NCBI GenBank assembly: GCA_045124155.1 | Contig: JBGVLG010000205.1 | Span: 4,103-68,102 of the forward strand | DNA length: 64,000 nt | Direction of reading: 5' to 3' | DNA from: Anaeroplasma sp. | GTDB taxonomy: Bacteria; Bacillota_I; Bacilli_A; Acholeplasmatales; Anaeroplasmataceae | Shown: piece by piece, positions 10,880 through 20,356 of the stretch | How the letters are laid out: each line of letters starts with the position of its first letter | Position numbering within the stretch: the stretch's first letter is position 1 | Position numbers and translations under genes: made by a program | The notes under the pieces: model-generated | The model's input: the letters and a program-made list of their open reading frames with translations, nothing else | Database searches by the model: none | What the model was told of the DNA's origin: nothing

Positions 10880-10915
10880 AATCAATGTAAATTATATATA
10901 AAGGAGATATTTAAT

Positions 10916-11428
10916 ATGGCTAAAGTAGGCATAGTAATGGGTAGCGATTCTGATTTAGAAATCATGAGTAAAGCCGCTCAAATATTAGAACAATTTGGTA
11001 TTGATTATGACATGACTGTAATTTCAGCTCATAGAATGCCAGATATTTTCTTTGATTACGCAAATAGCGCATTAGACAAGGGCTACAAGGTAATTATTGC
11101 AGGTGCTGGAGGAGCCGCTCATCTTCCAGGAATGGCTGCAGCAATTTTCCCTCTTCCTGTAATTGGAGTACCAATTCAAACAAAGGCATTAGGAGGAGTT
11201 GATTCATTATATTCAATTGTTCAAATGCCTAGTGGAATTCCTGTTGCGACTGTAGCGATTAATGGTGGTGCTAATGCAGGTATTTTAGCAGCTAAAATTC
11301 TTGCGACCTCAGATCCTGAGCTATTAAAGAAAATTAATGAATATAAGGATAATTTAAAACAACAGGTAGTAACTAAAAAGGAAAAGCTAGAAACAATTGG
11401 CTATAAAGAATATTTAGCAAATAAATAA
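10916..11428 (+). CDS. purE: PurE (N5-CAIR mutase / AIR carboxylase family)
   Basis: 170 aa. VGIVMGSDSD, ISAHRMPD and GAGGAAHLPGM motifs. Confidence 0.93.
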   Translation: MAKVGIVMGSDSDLEIMSKAAQILEQFGIDYDMTVISAHRMPDIFFDYANSALDKGYKVIIAGAGGAAHLPGMAAAIFPLPVIGVPIQTKALGGVDSLYSIVQMPSGIPVATVAINGGANAGILAAKILATSDPELLKKINEYKDNLKQQVVTKKEKLETIGYKEYLANK

Positions 11429-11443
11429 ATATAAAATAAAATA

Positions 11444-11497
11444 AAAGACTCTATGTGATAGAATATACCATTCTACCATTTAGAGTCTTTTTGTTTT
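11444..11497 (+). terminator. Rho-independent terminator after purE
   Basis: AAAGACTCTA (11444-11453) pairs with TAGAGTCTTT (11481-11490), followed by TTGTTTT. Confidence 0.7.
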
Positions 11498-11565
11498 ATA
11501 AGAAATAATTGATATAATATTTCGCTCAAAACTACCAGAATTTTGTTTTTTAATTATTTATAATA

Positions 11566-11988
11566 TTAGTCAATAAATACATATAAAGCAAGTAATATTT
11601 CAGGATAAGTCATTAATGTTTTCTCATAATAAACTTTAAAAATATCACCATCATTAAAGTCATTAAAATTATCAATATATGTATTATTAGAATAATATTT
11701 TGCATTAGTAAAAGAAATTGAGACAAATTCATTCGTAGATAAATTTAAAAATTTATATGGATTATTTTTAACATACTTAAATTGAATAGAATTATCTAAA
11801 TAAAATGATATTTCTTTTTCTTGAGTTGTTGTTTCATTTCTATTTGAAGATTCTGATGCTTTTGCAAATGTATAATCAGAATTATTATCATAAATATTAT
11901 TATCTAATTTTACTTTACTATTGCTAGAACAAGAAATTAAAGTAAAAAATATAACTAAAATTGGAATCAATGTTTTTCTTATGCCCAT
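11566..11988 (-). CDS. Small lipoprotein, unknown function
   Basis: 140 aa. Signal peptide with lipobox: MGIRKTLIPILVIFFTLIS-C-SSN. No recognisable domain. Confidence 0.5.
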   Translation of the reverse strand: MGIRKTLIPILVIFFTLISCSSNSKVKLDNNIYDNNSDYTFAKASESSNRNETTTQEKEISFYLDNSIQFKYVKNNPYKFLNLSTNEFVSISFTNAKYYSNNTYIDNFNDFNDGDIFKVYYEKTLMTYPEILLALYVFID

Positions 11989-12075
11989 GATAATAACAAC
12001 TCCTCCCAGTCATTAACTAAATAATTTGATACTCTACTTGCAGTATTATAATCAAAGCAAAATATGCTTTGTTTT

Positions 12076-13797
12076 TTATTTACCTAATATTTCAAATAAT
12101 TTCTTTGCTGCTAATGCAGGTCCATTATGCTCCATTCCTGGTACTGCTAAACGAGTATGTAGAACACCAATAGGTACTCCTTCATTAAATAATTCACTAA
12201 ACATATTATCAATGATTTTTCTAGTTTCAGCTTCCTTTTGAACTGGTCCAAATGGATTTGCAAAGAAGGATTCAGTCATACCCATTTCCTGAGTTGTACC
12301 CTTAGCACGTCGAGCTCCACGAATAAATATTTTTTTTGCATCCTCTACATTATCATAGAATTCTACTTCTTCATCACATTCTTCATCATAATTATTGGCA
12401 TATAAAAGCATATCAATCTTATAGCCCTTCATAATTTGTTGATATGTCGCAACAGGAATAACTAATCTTGAATTAGTCTTATCTGGATTCATAAAAATTG
12501 CTCTATCCATTTCCTTATAAGCATAGCCTGATGTCATATCATCTAATCTTACAAAAGCACCAATTTCAGTACCATAAGCCTTAATTTGACCCTTATCTAG
12601 CTTAAAGGTACCCATATCATCAAATATTGTTAATTGTGAAGAAATATCATCTCCAGCCACACTTGCTAATGCCTCTAGGGATTCGCTCTTTCCAGCACCA
12701 CTATCTCCAATAATAACAATATTTTTTGTTGTACCATTCTTCATAGTAATATGAACACAGGCACCATGAATAGGTAGGTTACCTTCACCAATCATCTTAA
12801 CATTATATAATGTTAATAACATTTTCTTCATATATCCAAAATAATCAATAGATGAATTATGTGGAGCTACTCCTACATAAATATCATCCTCTTCATCATA
12901 ATAGAAATATGATTCATCATCATAATCAGCACCATAAATATATAATAAATCTGGCTTTTGATTCTTTACATCAGATACAGGAACAAATTCAAATAGATTA
13001 CAAATTGTAACTCCATGAGCTAAATAATCTCTATGGAAATATACATAAGCTAAGGCTGAACCTACTTTAGCTTGATAACAATAATATTCAGAAGCCTTAA
13101 AATGATCCTTAAACCAATTAATTGGATTTTCTTTAGCCTCTGGATAAGTACCTGTTCTCTTATTCTTTTCAGAATATGAAATAAATGGAGGACGGATTAG
13201 AATTTGTTCAATTGCTTCACATTTAGCTAAAAATGAATATTTAGAGCCTTTAGGCATCCATTCATTTTTTGAAATTAATAATGATGCATTTACACCAGCT
13301 GGAAGCTGACGATAAATTGGGAAGCTATGTCCATATAGTTTTTCACAAATTGTACGATAAGTCTTTAATACAACATCATTAAATTCATTTTGAGCCTCAA
13401 TAAAGCTTGATGATTCAACACCATCCTTTGAAACCTTTGAATAAATTACAGAATATCTTTCAAGCTTTCTCCAATAATCATAAAAGTTTTGTACTAAATC
13501 ATATAATACATCACTCATTTCTAAGGCTTGGTTATAAAATGGATCTATTGATGCTATTTCTTCAACAGAAAAGCTTAATAAAAGCTTAAATAAGCTAATT
13601 GTTTTTACTTCAACCTTACTTTTAGGGAATATTTTTAAAACTCTTAATAAATTTTGATTTTCTGTTTTATAAAGGTGTTTTACATATCTTCCCCAAACAT
13701 CAGAAAAACATTCTGATGATAAAACTTCATTTTCTGTTTTACAAAATTTAAGGGAAAAATTCATTACTACCTGTCTTTTTCCTAATGCATATTCCAT
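12076..13797 (-). CDS. Divergent PEP-carboxykinase(ATP)/HprK-superfamily P-loop protein, substrate unknown
   Basis: 573 aa. By-eye matches to the ATP-PEPCK core: KPDLLYIYGA, YFGYMKKM, LPIHGACVH, IIGDSGAGKSE (P-loop, codons at 12685-12708), IFDDMG, TNSRLVIP. The N-terminal ~200 aa have no match. ATG is 8 nt after GGAGG, which overlaps the fhs stop. Confidence 0.6.
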   Translation of the reverse strand: MEYALGKRQVVMNFSLKFCKTENEVLSSECFSDVWGRYVKHLYKTENQNLLRVLKIFPKSKVEVKTISLFKLLLSFSVEEIASIDPFYNQALEMSDVLYDLVQNFYDYWRKLERYSVIYSKVSKDGVESSSFIEAQNEFNDVVLKTYRTICEKLYGHSFPIYRQLPAGVNASLLISKNEWMPKGSKYSFLAKCEAIEQILIRPPFISYSEKNKRTGTYPEAKENPINWFKDHFKASEYYCYQAKVGSALAYVYFHRDYLAHGVTICNLFEFVPVSDVKNQKPDLLYIYGADYDDESYFYYDEEDDIYVGVAPHNSSIDYFGYMKKMLLTLYNVKMIGEGNLPIHGACVHITMKNGTTKNIVIIGDSGAGKSESLEALASVAGDDISSQLTIFDDMGTFKLDKGQIKAYGTEIGAFVRLDDMTSGYAYKEMDRAIFMNPDKTNSRLVIPVATYQQIMKGYKIDMLLYANNYDEECDEEVEFYDNVEDAKKIFIRGARRAKGTTQEMGMTESFFANPFGPVQKEAETRKIIDNMFSELFNEGVPIGVLHTRLAVPGMEHNGPALAAKKLFEILGK

Positions 13798-13807
13798 AAT
13801 TTTCCTC

Positions 13808-15463
13808 CTAGAATAATCCTACTATCTTATTATCAATAACATCCATACGATTAGCAGCAGGCTCTTTTGGCAAGCCAGGCATACGCATAATATCACCAGA
13901 TAATGCTACAACAAAACCAGCACCAATTGATGGTGTAACTCCTCGAATTGTTACTGTAAAATCCTCTGGTCTACCTAAAAGCTTAGGATTATCAGATAAT
14001 GAATATTGAGTCTTTGCCATACAAATTAATGATTCTTGATAGCCAAGCTTTGTTAATCTTGACATTTGATTTTTAGCCTCTTGAGTAAATTCTACATTAG
14101 AAGCACCATATATTTCTTTACAAATGGTAGTTATTTTTTTCTTTAATGTATCTTCTTTAAAATAAAGGAATTTAAAATTATTTGGCTTTGTTTCTATTTC
14201 ATTAATTACCTTATTAGCTAAATCTAAAGCTCCTTCTCCACCTTTAGCCCATACCTCTGATAGGCTAACTGGATGGTTATTAGCTTTAGCCCAAGTCTCA
14301 AGTGCTAATAATTCTTCTTCTGAATCACTTGAAAATCTGTTAATAGCTACAACATAAGGAAGACCAAATTTCTTAACATTCTCAATATGCTTTTCTAAAT
14401 TGCTGAAGCCTTTCTCTAATGCTTCGACATTAGAAATACCTAAATCTTCTTTTAATACACCACCATGCATCTTTAAAGCTCTTATAGTTGCTACAACAAC
14501 AACGCATGAAGGAGTTAAATTAGCTTCTCTACATTTAATATCAAAGAATTTTTCAGCACCCAAATCAGCACCAAATCCAGCCTCAGTAATTGTATAATCA
14601 GATAAAGATAATGCCATTTTTGTAGCAATAACTGAATTACAACCATGAGCAATATTTGCAAAAGGTCCACCATGAATTAAGCATGGAGTACCCTCTAGAG
14701 TTTGAACTAAATTAGGCTTAATTGCATCCTTTAATATCATCATTAAAGCACCTGTAATACCTAAATCCTTAATAGTTACAGGCATTCTATCATAATTATA
14801 TGCAACAACAGTTCTATCAAGTCTTAATCTTAAATCATCCATATCCTTACTTAAGCATAAAATTGCCATTATTTCAGATGCAACTACAATATCAAAATGA
14901 TCCTCTCTAGGAACACCATTTGTAGGGCCACCTAAACCAACAATTGTATTTCTTAAGGCTCTATCATTCATATCTAATACACGATGCCATACAATACGTG
15001 TAGGATCAATACGAAGTGTATTTCCTTGATAAATATGATTATCTATAATTGCAGATACTGTATTATTTGCAGCCTCAATCGCATGGAAATCACCAGTAAA
15101 ATGTAGATTAATATCTTCCATTGGTACTACTTGTGCATAGCCTCCACCTGCAGCACCACCCTTAACACCTAATACAGGTCCAAAGCTTGGTTCTCTTAAA
15201 GCAATAATACTTTTCTTACCTAGTCTAGTAAAGGCATCAGCTAAACCAATAGTTGTAGTAGATTTACCTTCTCCTGCAGGAGTTGGGTTAATTGCAGTAA
15301 CTAAAATAAGCTTTCCATTCTTATTTCCATAAGAATCAAGACTTACCTTAGCTTTATATTTTCCATAGCATTCTAAATTATCTTCATTAATATCAAATGC
15401 TTTTGCAATCTCAGTAATATTTTTCATTTTGGCATTTTGTGCAATTTCTAAATCTGTTAGCAT
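13808..15463 (-). CDS. fhs: Formate-tetrahydrofolate ligase
   Basis: Motifs [14 protein letters not shown] and [15 protein letters not shown] trimmed the track ORF (TTG at 15493) to the ATG at 15463 (MLTDLEIAQ...), the usual Fhs N-terminus, with AGGAAA upstream. Confidence 0.93.
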   Translation of the reverse strand: MLTDLEIAQNAKMKNITEIAKAFDINEDNLECYGKYKAKVSLDSYGNKNGKLILVTAINPTPAGEGKSTTTIGLADAFTRLGKKSIIALREPSFGPVLGVKGGAAGGGYAQVVPMEDINLHFTGDFHAIEAANNTVSAIIDNHIYQGNTLRIDPTRIVWHRVLDMNDRALRNTIVGLGGPTNGVPREDHFDIVVASEIMAILCLSKDMDDLRLRLDRTVVAYNYDRMPVTIKDLGITGALMMILKDAIKPNLVQTLEGTPCLIHGGPFANIAHGCNSVIATKMALSLSDYTITEAGFGADLGAEKFFDIKCREANLTPSCVVVVATIRALKMHGGVLKEDLGISNVEALEKGFSNLEKHIENVKKFGLPYVVAINRFSSDSEEELLALETWAKANNHPVSLSEVWAKGGEGALDLANKVINEIETKPNNFKFLYFKEDTLKKKITTICKEIYGASNVEFTQEAKNQMSRLTKLGYQESLICMAKTQYSLSDNPKLLGRPEDFTVTIRGVTPSIGAGFVVALSGDIMRMPGLPKEPAANRMDVIDNKIVGLF

Positions 15464-15525
15464 ATAATTTTCCTTTCTTTCAATAAAACTCAAAATTATT
15501 ATATCATAATAAATTTATAAAGCAA

Positions 15526-16023
15526 TTATTCAATACTAACTATTCTATTTTCAAAATCACAAATTACCTTTTCAAGCTTACTAGTTGGTACACTCTTACC
15601 AACAACATCAGCTCTAATAGGTAATTCTCTATGACCTCTATCAACAAAAACAGCTAGTTCAATTTTAGCAGGTCTTCCCATATCCATAATCGCATCCATT
15701 GCTGCTCTTACAGATCTACCTGTATATAAAACATCATCAACTAAGATGATAATTTTATCATTTATATCATTTATAAATTGAGTTTTTAATGCTTCATTCT
15801 TTTTATGGTCATCACGATGAGAAACAATATCAATTGATTCTAATAAAACATCAACACCTTCAAATTGTTTTATTAATTCTTTAATTTCTTTGGCAATAGG
15901 TACACCCTTTTTCTCAATTCCTACTAAAATAATATTATCAAGCATATCATTCTTTTCTATTATTTCATGAGTCATTCTTTTTAATGTTCTATTAAATTGT
16001 TCTCTCTCAATAATTGTTTTCAT
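15526..16023 (-). CDS. pyrR: PyrR, pyrimidine attenuation regulator / uracil phosphoribosyltransferase
   Basis: 165 aa. PRTase loop IILVDDVLYTGRSVRAAMDA and VDRGHRELPIRAD, typical of PyrR. Confidence 0.85.
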   Translation of the reverse strand: MKTIIEREQFNRTLKRMTHEIIEKNDMLDNIILVGIEKKGVPIAKEIKELIKQFEGVDVLLESIDIVSHRDDHKKNEALKTQFINDINDKIIILVDDVLYTGRSVRAAMDAIMDMGRPAKIELAVFVDRGHRELPIRADVVGKSVPTSKLEKVICDFENRIVSIE

Positions 16024-16088
16024 ATCATCACCACTATAAATTAATGAAAGGAAGCATAAAGCTTCCTTTATTATAATTATTTGAAAAA

Positions 16089-16823
16089 TTATTCTTCATC
16101 CTCTTCTTCAGGTAAATTAGCATTATGATAAACCTCAGAAACGTCATCATATTCACTTAATAAATCTAATAATCTCTTAAATTTACCTAAATGATCTTCA
16201 TCTAAATCTACATAGCTTGAAGGAATTAAATCAACACTACATGTTTCAAATTCTAAATCCTCTTTAGCTTGAAGTAAAGCTGCACGAATTGCTTCAAAAT
16301 CAGCTGGATTAGCTGTAATACGTACAAATCCATCCTCATCAGTGCTTAAATCCTCAAAATCACAACCAGCATCCATTAATGCCATCATTGTATCATCCTC
16401 AGATAAACCCTCATATTCAAAAATAGCCTTACGATTAAACATATAGCTTACAGAAGTACCAATTGTACCACCAGTCTTATTAAATGCAGTACGAACCTCT
16501 GTATAAGTACGGTTATCATTATCAGTTAAGCATTCAACAATAACTGCAACCTGTCCAGGTCCATATCCTTCATAAACCTTTTCCTTAGAAGCACCAGAGT
16601 GAACACCCTTAGCCTTATCAATTGCACGTTGAATAACATTAGCAGGACATTGATCCTTCTTTGCACGAGCAATAACATTCTTTAATCCTTGATTCATATC
16701 TGGATCAGGAACACCAGCCTTTGCAGCTTGGAAAATTTCCTTTCCCCATTTAGCATATTTAGATGATTTCATTGCAGCTGTTTTAGCCATAGATGCTGCA
16801 CGAACTTCATGGGCTCTTCCCAT
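16089..16823 (-). CDS. YebC/PmpR-family protein
   Basis: 244 aa. YAKWGKEIFQAAKAGVPDPDMNQGLKNVIARAKK...P...I.RAI.KAKG pattern of the YebC family, with an acidic C-terminus. Confidence 0.9.
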   Translation of the reverse strand: MGRAHEVRAASMAKTAAMKSSKYAKWGKEIFQAAKAGVPDPDMNQGLKNVIARAKKDQCPANVIQRAIDKAKGVHSGASKEKVYEGYGPGQVAVIVECLTDNDNRTYTEVRTAFNKTGGTIGTSVSYMFNRKAIFEYEGLSEDDTMMALMDAGCDFEDLSTDEDGFVRITANPADFEAIRAALLQAKEDLEFETCSVDLIPSSYVDLDEDHLGKFKRLLDLLSEYDDVSEVYHNANLPEEEDEE

Positions 16824-16928
16824 ATTTTACACAACCTTTCAAAATAAAATTTGCTTTTTACCGTTATATTATATTAAAAAATATAATATCTTTCAATATT
16901 TTTTTGCAAATTTTTTCAGATTGCAAAG

Positions 16929-18848
16929 CTATTCACTTTTTAAATAAATCTTTTCTTTATTATCTAATTCATCCTTATGAATTAAATATTTACCCTTTTC
17001 TTTATTTTTAATGAATTTATATAAATAATCATTTACTTTGTTCTTATTAGAATCATTAATATCAAAATCAAAGGATATTTCATAAGAATATCTTCTTAAT
17101 GCATCAGTATAATAATTATTTAGATTATTTTTCTTTTCAATACCTTTAATACATTCATCAAATATATCTATACTATTTTTAGTATTATTAAATCCTAGCT
17201 TAATCTTTTCAGAAATACCACAAGCTATAATAACTGTATGAGCTAAATCTATTTTTCTTCCTCTTTGGTCCATAAAAAAGCCTCTATCTAACAAAGAATA
17301 AATAAAACTTTCTATTGCTCCACAAGATTTTTCTATATTTTTAAAAATAACAACCGACATAGGATATTCTAATAAATGCTTAGATAAAATACCCTCATCC
17401 TCATATCCAACATATCCAGGTGGGGCTCCTATTAATGTTTGAAGCATACTTCTATCCTTATACATACTTAAGTCTATTTCTAATATTGCTTCTATACCAA
17501 TATGAAAAATCTCTAAAATATCCAAAGATAATAAATCTAATCCATCCTTATCACCATTATATTTAATTTTTAATAATGGTGAATTATCTAATAATCCAAC
17601 TGAATATAACCATTGATATTTTTCCATTTCTTTATAATATACATTACAATTATAATCTGTTTTTCCTGTAATAGCATAATCAACATCACAAAATTCTAAT
17701 TCCTTTTTATTAGAAATACTAGCATAGCTCATAGCTTCATCTAAAATATCAATACATTTATCAGGTCTATATCTATTTAATATTTTATTATTAGAAGCAG
17801 TTAATAAATAATCTAAAACATCATTATTAATTAAAACATCATGATATTTCTCATAATCTTCTTTTATACCATATAAAATTTCTTTAGTTTCTAAAATACT
17901 AGGTTCACTAATAAAAACAGGTTGGAATCTTCTTAATAAAGCTTTATCCTTTTCAATAGTTTTATGATATTCATCTAGGGTAGTAGCTCCAATTAATCTA
18001 ATATCTCCACGTGCTAAATGAGGCTTTAGCATATTCGCAACATCTAAATTCCCATCATTTGTTGCTGCACCTACAATAGTATGTATTTCATCTATAAAAA
18101 TACATACATCCTTTCTTGATGCAATTTCTTTCATAAATTTATCAAATCTCTCCTCAAAATCACCTCTATATCTAGTACCTGCAACCATAGATGTTAAATT
18201 TAAAGAAAGAATAGTAAGATTCTCATTAGAATCTAATAATCTTTTTGCATAACCCTCAACTAAAGCAGTTTTACCTACTCCAGCATTTCCAATTAGTAAG
18301 GGATTATTTTTATATCTTCTATGAATAATAATATCTAATTTCTTTAAATAATCTTCTCTACCAATAAATCTATTATAATCATTATCTTTTATTTTTTTAG
18401 TAATATTTTTAATAAATGATAATTCTTCAGTCCCATTATTATTAAAATCATATATTTCTTTTACATCTTCAATTAAATCATCTATAGATAATCCTAATGA
18501 TTCTAATATTGAACATGCAATAGTATTTCTATTTTCTAAAATACTCATAAATATATGCTCTTCACTTATTTTATCTCCATTAGCAAGCTCATCAGCATGA
18601 TTTAATATTTTTTCTAAAGAGGAATTATATTCTCCTTTATGATGTCTTAATATATAAATGTTATTTGTTTTTTCTTTTATTTCATCAAGAGTAACCTCAT
18701 ATTCATTTAATAAAAAATGACAAAGACTATCCTCTGTTTCATACATAGCTAATATTAAATATTCACTACCCATTGTTTCTATTCCATTAGCATTAGAATA
18801 TTTTTTAGCAAGCTCTAAAATTACTCTAGCCCTTTGATTAAGCTCCAT
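16929..18848 (-). CDS. ClpC/ClpB-like AAA+ protein with intact D1 and degenerate D2
   Basis: 639 aa. Clp_N-like N-terminus. D1 has Walker A GNAGVGKT (aa 186-193), Walker B CIFIDEIH and the RRF Arg finger. The D2 remnant keeps LIGAPPGYVGYEDEG, but the P-loop position reads YNGDKDGL and Walker B reads VVIFKNIEKS. Confidence 0.8.
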   Translation of the reverse strand: MELNQRARVILELAKKYSNANGIETMGSEYLILAMYETEDSLCHFLLNEYEVTLDEIKEKTNNIYILRHHKGEYNSSLEKILNHADELANGDKISEEHIFMSILENRNTIACSILESLGLSIDDLIEDVKEIYDFNNNGTEELSFIKNITKKIKDNDYNRFIGREDYLKKLDIIIHRRYKNNPLLIGNAGVGKTALVEGYAKRLLDSNENLTILSLNLTSMVAGTRYRGDFEERFDKFMKEIASRKDVCIFIDEIHTIVGAATNDGNLDVANMLKPHLARGDIRLIGATTLDEYHKTIEKDKALLRRFQPVFISEPSILETKEILYGIKEDYEKYHDVLINNDVLDYLLTASNNKILNRYRPDKCIDILDEAMSYASISNKKELEFCDVDYAITGKTDYNCNVYYKEMEKYQWLYSVGLLDNSPLLKIKYNGDKDGLDLLSLDILEIFHIGIEAILEIDLSMYKDRSMLQTLIGAPPGYVGYEDEGILSKHLLEYPMSVVIFKNIEKSCGAIESFIYSLLDRGFFMDQRGRKIDLAHTVIIACGISEKIKLGFNNTKNSIDIFDECIKGIEKKNNLNNYYTDALRRYSYEISFDFDINDSNKNKVNDYLYKFIKNKEKGKYLIHKDELDNKEKIYLKSE

Positions 18849-18966
18849 AGTATCCCCTCCTATAAGATAGTATATGTTCTTATATTTGAAAAAATACTAA
18901 AATAATTAATAACTTTTATTAATAATATTATATAATTAAGACATATTATAAATAAATGAGGTTATT

Positions 18967-20226
18967 ATGAGAGCAATACTAGTTGGAGTAACAACAATAA
19001 ATGATAGATATGATATAGAATATTCCTTAGAGGAATTAAAAGGATTATGTGAAGCAATAGATATAGAAACTATAGATACCTTCACTCAAACATTAGATAG
19101 GCCTAATACTAGATTCTATGTAGGAAGTGGTAAACTAAATGAAATTGCAATAGCGATATATGCTACTAAGGCAGACATAGTAGTATTTAATGATGAATTA
19201 ACTCCTACTCAATTAAGGAATATAGAAGATTTTTTAAAAATTGAAGTATTAGATAGAAGCTATTTAGTTTTAAAAATATTTGAAGAAAGAGCTCAAAATA
19301 AAGAAGCAAAATTAGAAATAAAATTAGCAAAGGATTTATATTTATTACCAAGAATACAATATTTAAGAGAAAAGGATGATAGAATAGGAGGAGGTGCCTC
19401 TACTAAAACTCGTGGTAGTGGTGAAACTCAAAGAGAACTTGATAAAAGACATTTAATGAATGAGATATATCATATTAAAAATGAATTAGCTCAAATTAGA
19501 AAAATGAAATTAAATCAAATAGAAAAAAGAAAGAAAAATGAAATACCTATAGTAGCATTAGTAGGCTATACTAATGCAGGTAAATCATCTACAATGAATA
19601 CTATATTAGAATATACTAATAAGGAAGATAAAAAAGTTCTAGCAAAAGATCAGCTTTTCGCAACATTATCTACATTCAATAGAAAAATAACAATTAATAA
19701 AATAGATTTTATGTTAGTAGATACAATAGGCTTTGTATCAAAACTTCCACATAATCTAGTAGAATCCTTCTATCAGACATTACAAGAAGTAAAAAATGCA
19801 GATTTAATAATACATGTTTTAGATTCATCAAGTCCTTATATTAATGAGGAATTAAATGTAGTATTAGAGGTTTTACATAATTTAGAAGCTACTAATATTC
19901 CAACAGTATTTCTATTAAATAAATGGGATAAAACTCAAAGTGAAAATCTAACTATAATGGGATATAAATCAATTCAATTTTCTAATAAAACTAAGCAAGG
20001 CTTAAATGAATTAATAAATACAATTCTTGAAGAAGTATCACCTCATACTATCCATGCAAGAATATTAATTCCATATAGTAGAGGAGATTTAGCAAATATA
20101 ATTGAAACAAAAGCTACAATAATGAAAAAAGAATATCAAAATTATGGTACTTATTTTGAATGTGAGATACCAAAGAATATATATGATAAATTTCATGAAT
20201 TTGACTTAGATACTTTGGTATCATAA
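18967..20226 (+). CDS. hflX: GTPase HflX
   Basis: 419 aa. HflX N-domain, then G1 GYTNAGKSS, G3 DTIGF and G4 NKWD. Confidence 0.9.
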   Translation: MRAILVGVTTINDRYDIEYSLEELKGLCEAIDIETIDTFTQTLDRPNTRFYVGSGKLNEIAIAIYATKADIVVFNDELTPTQLRNIEDFLKIEVLDRSYLVLKIFEERAQNKEAKLEIKLAKDLYLLPRIQYLREKDDRIGGGASTKTRGSGETQRELDKRHLMNEIYHIKNELAQIRKMKLNQIEKRKKNEIPIVALVGYTNAGKSSTMNTILEYTNKEDKKVLAKDQLFATLSTFNRKITINKIDFMLVDTIGFVSKLPHNLVESFYQTLQEVKNADLIIHVLDSSSPYINEELNVVLEVLHNLEATNIPTVFLLNKWDKTQSENLTIMGYKSIQFSNKTKQGLNELINTILEEVSPHTIHARILIPYSRGDLANIIETKATIMKKEYQNYGTYFECEIPKNIYDKFHEFDLDTLVS

Positions 20227-20284
20227 TATACTCAATAGTCATAAAAATAAGGGATTAAAGGGATAATAGATAATCCCCAAAAGT

Positions 20285-20332
20285 AAAAAAGCATTTATTT
20301 ACAAATATTTTTAAGTAAATAAATGCTTTTTT
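20285..20332. terminator. Bidirectional terminator between hflX and the convergent membrane-protein gene
   Basis: A6 - GCATTTATTTAC (20291-20302) / GTAAATAAATGC (20315-20326) - T6. Confidence 0.7.
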
Positions 20333-20356
20333 ATATTTAGTATAAAGATATGAAGC

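Noticed and set aside
10880-10915. A second purine riboswitch in front of divergent purE.
   Set aside because: The leader between the predicted -10 and the ATG is about 37 nt, too short for an aptamer. No AUAUGG/CUACC core motifs occur on the plus strand between 10680 and 10915.
15464-16088. PyrR-binding attenuator (ARUCCAGAGAGGYU-type loop) near pyrR/fhs.
   Set aside because: No such motif is seen on the minus strand in 15494-15525 or 16024-16088. The hairpin at 16045-16070 (AAAGGAAGC/GCUUCCUUU) lacks a U tract and the PyrR loop sequence. The pyr biosynthetic genes that PyrR normally regulates are not in this window.
18849-18966. CtsR operator (GGTCAAA direct repeat) upstream of the ClpC-like gene.
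   Set aside because: The heptad is absent on both strands of the intergenic region.
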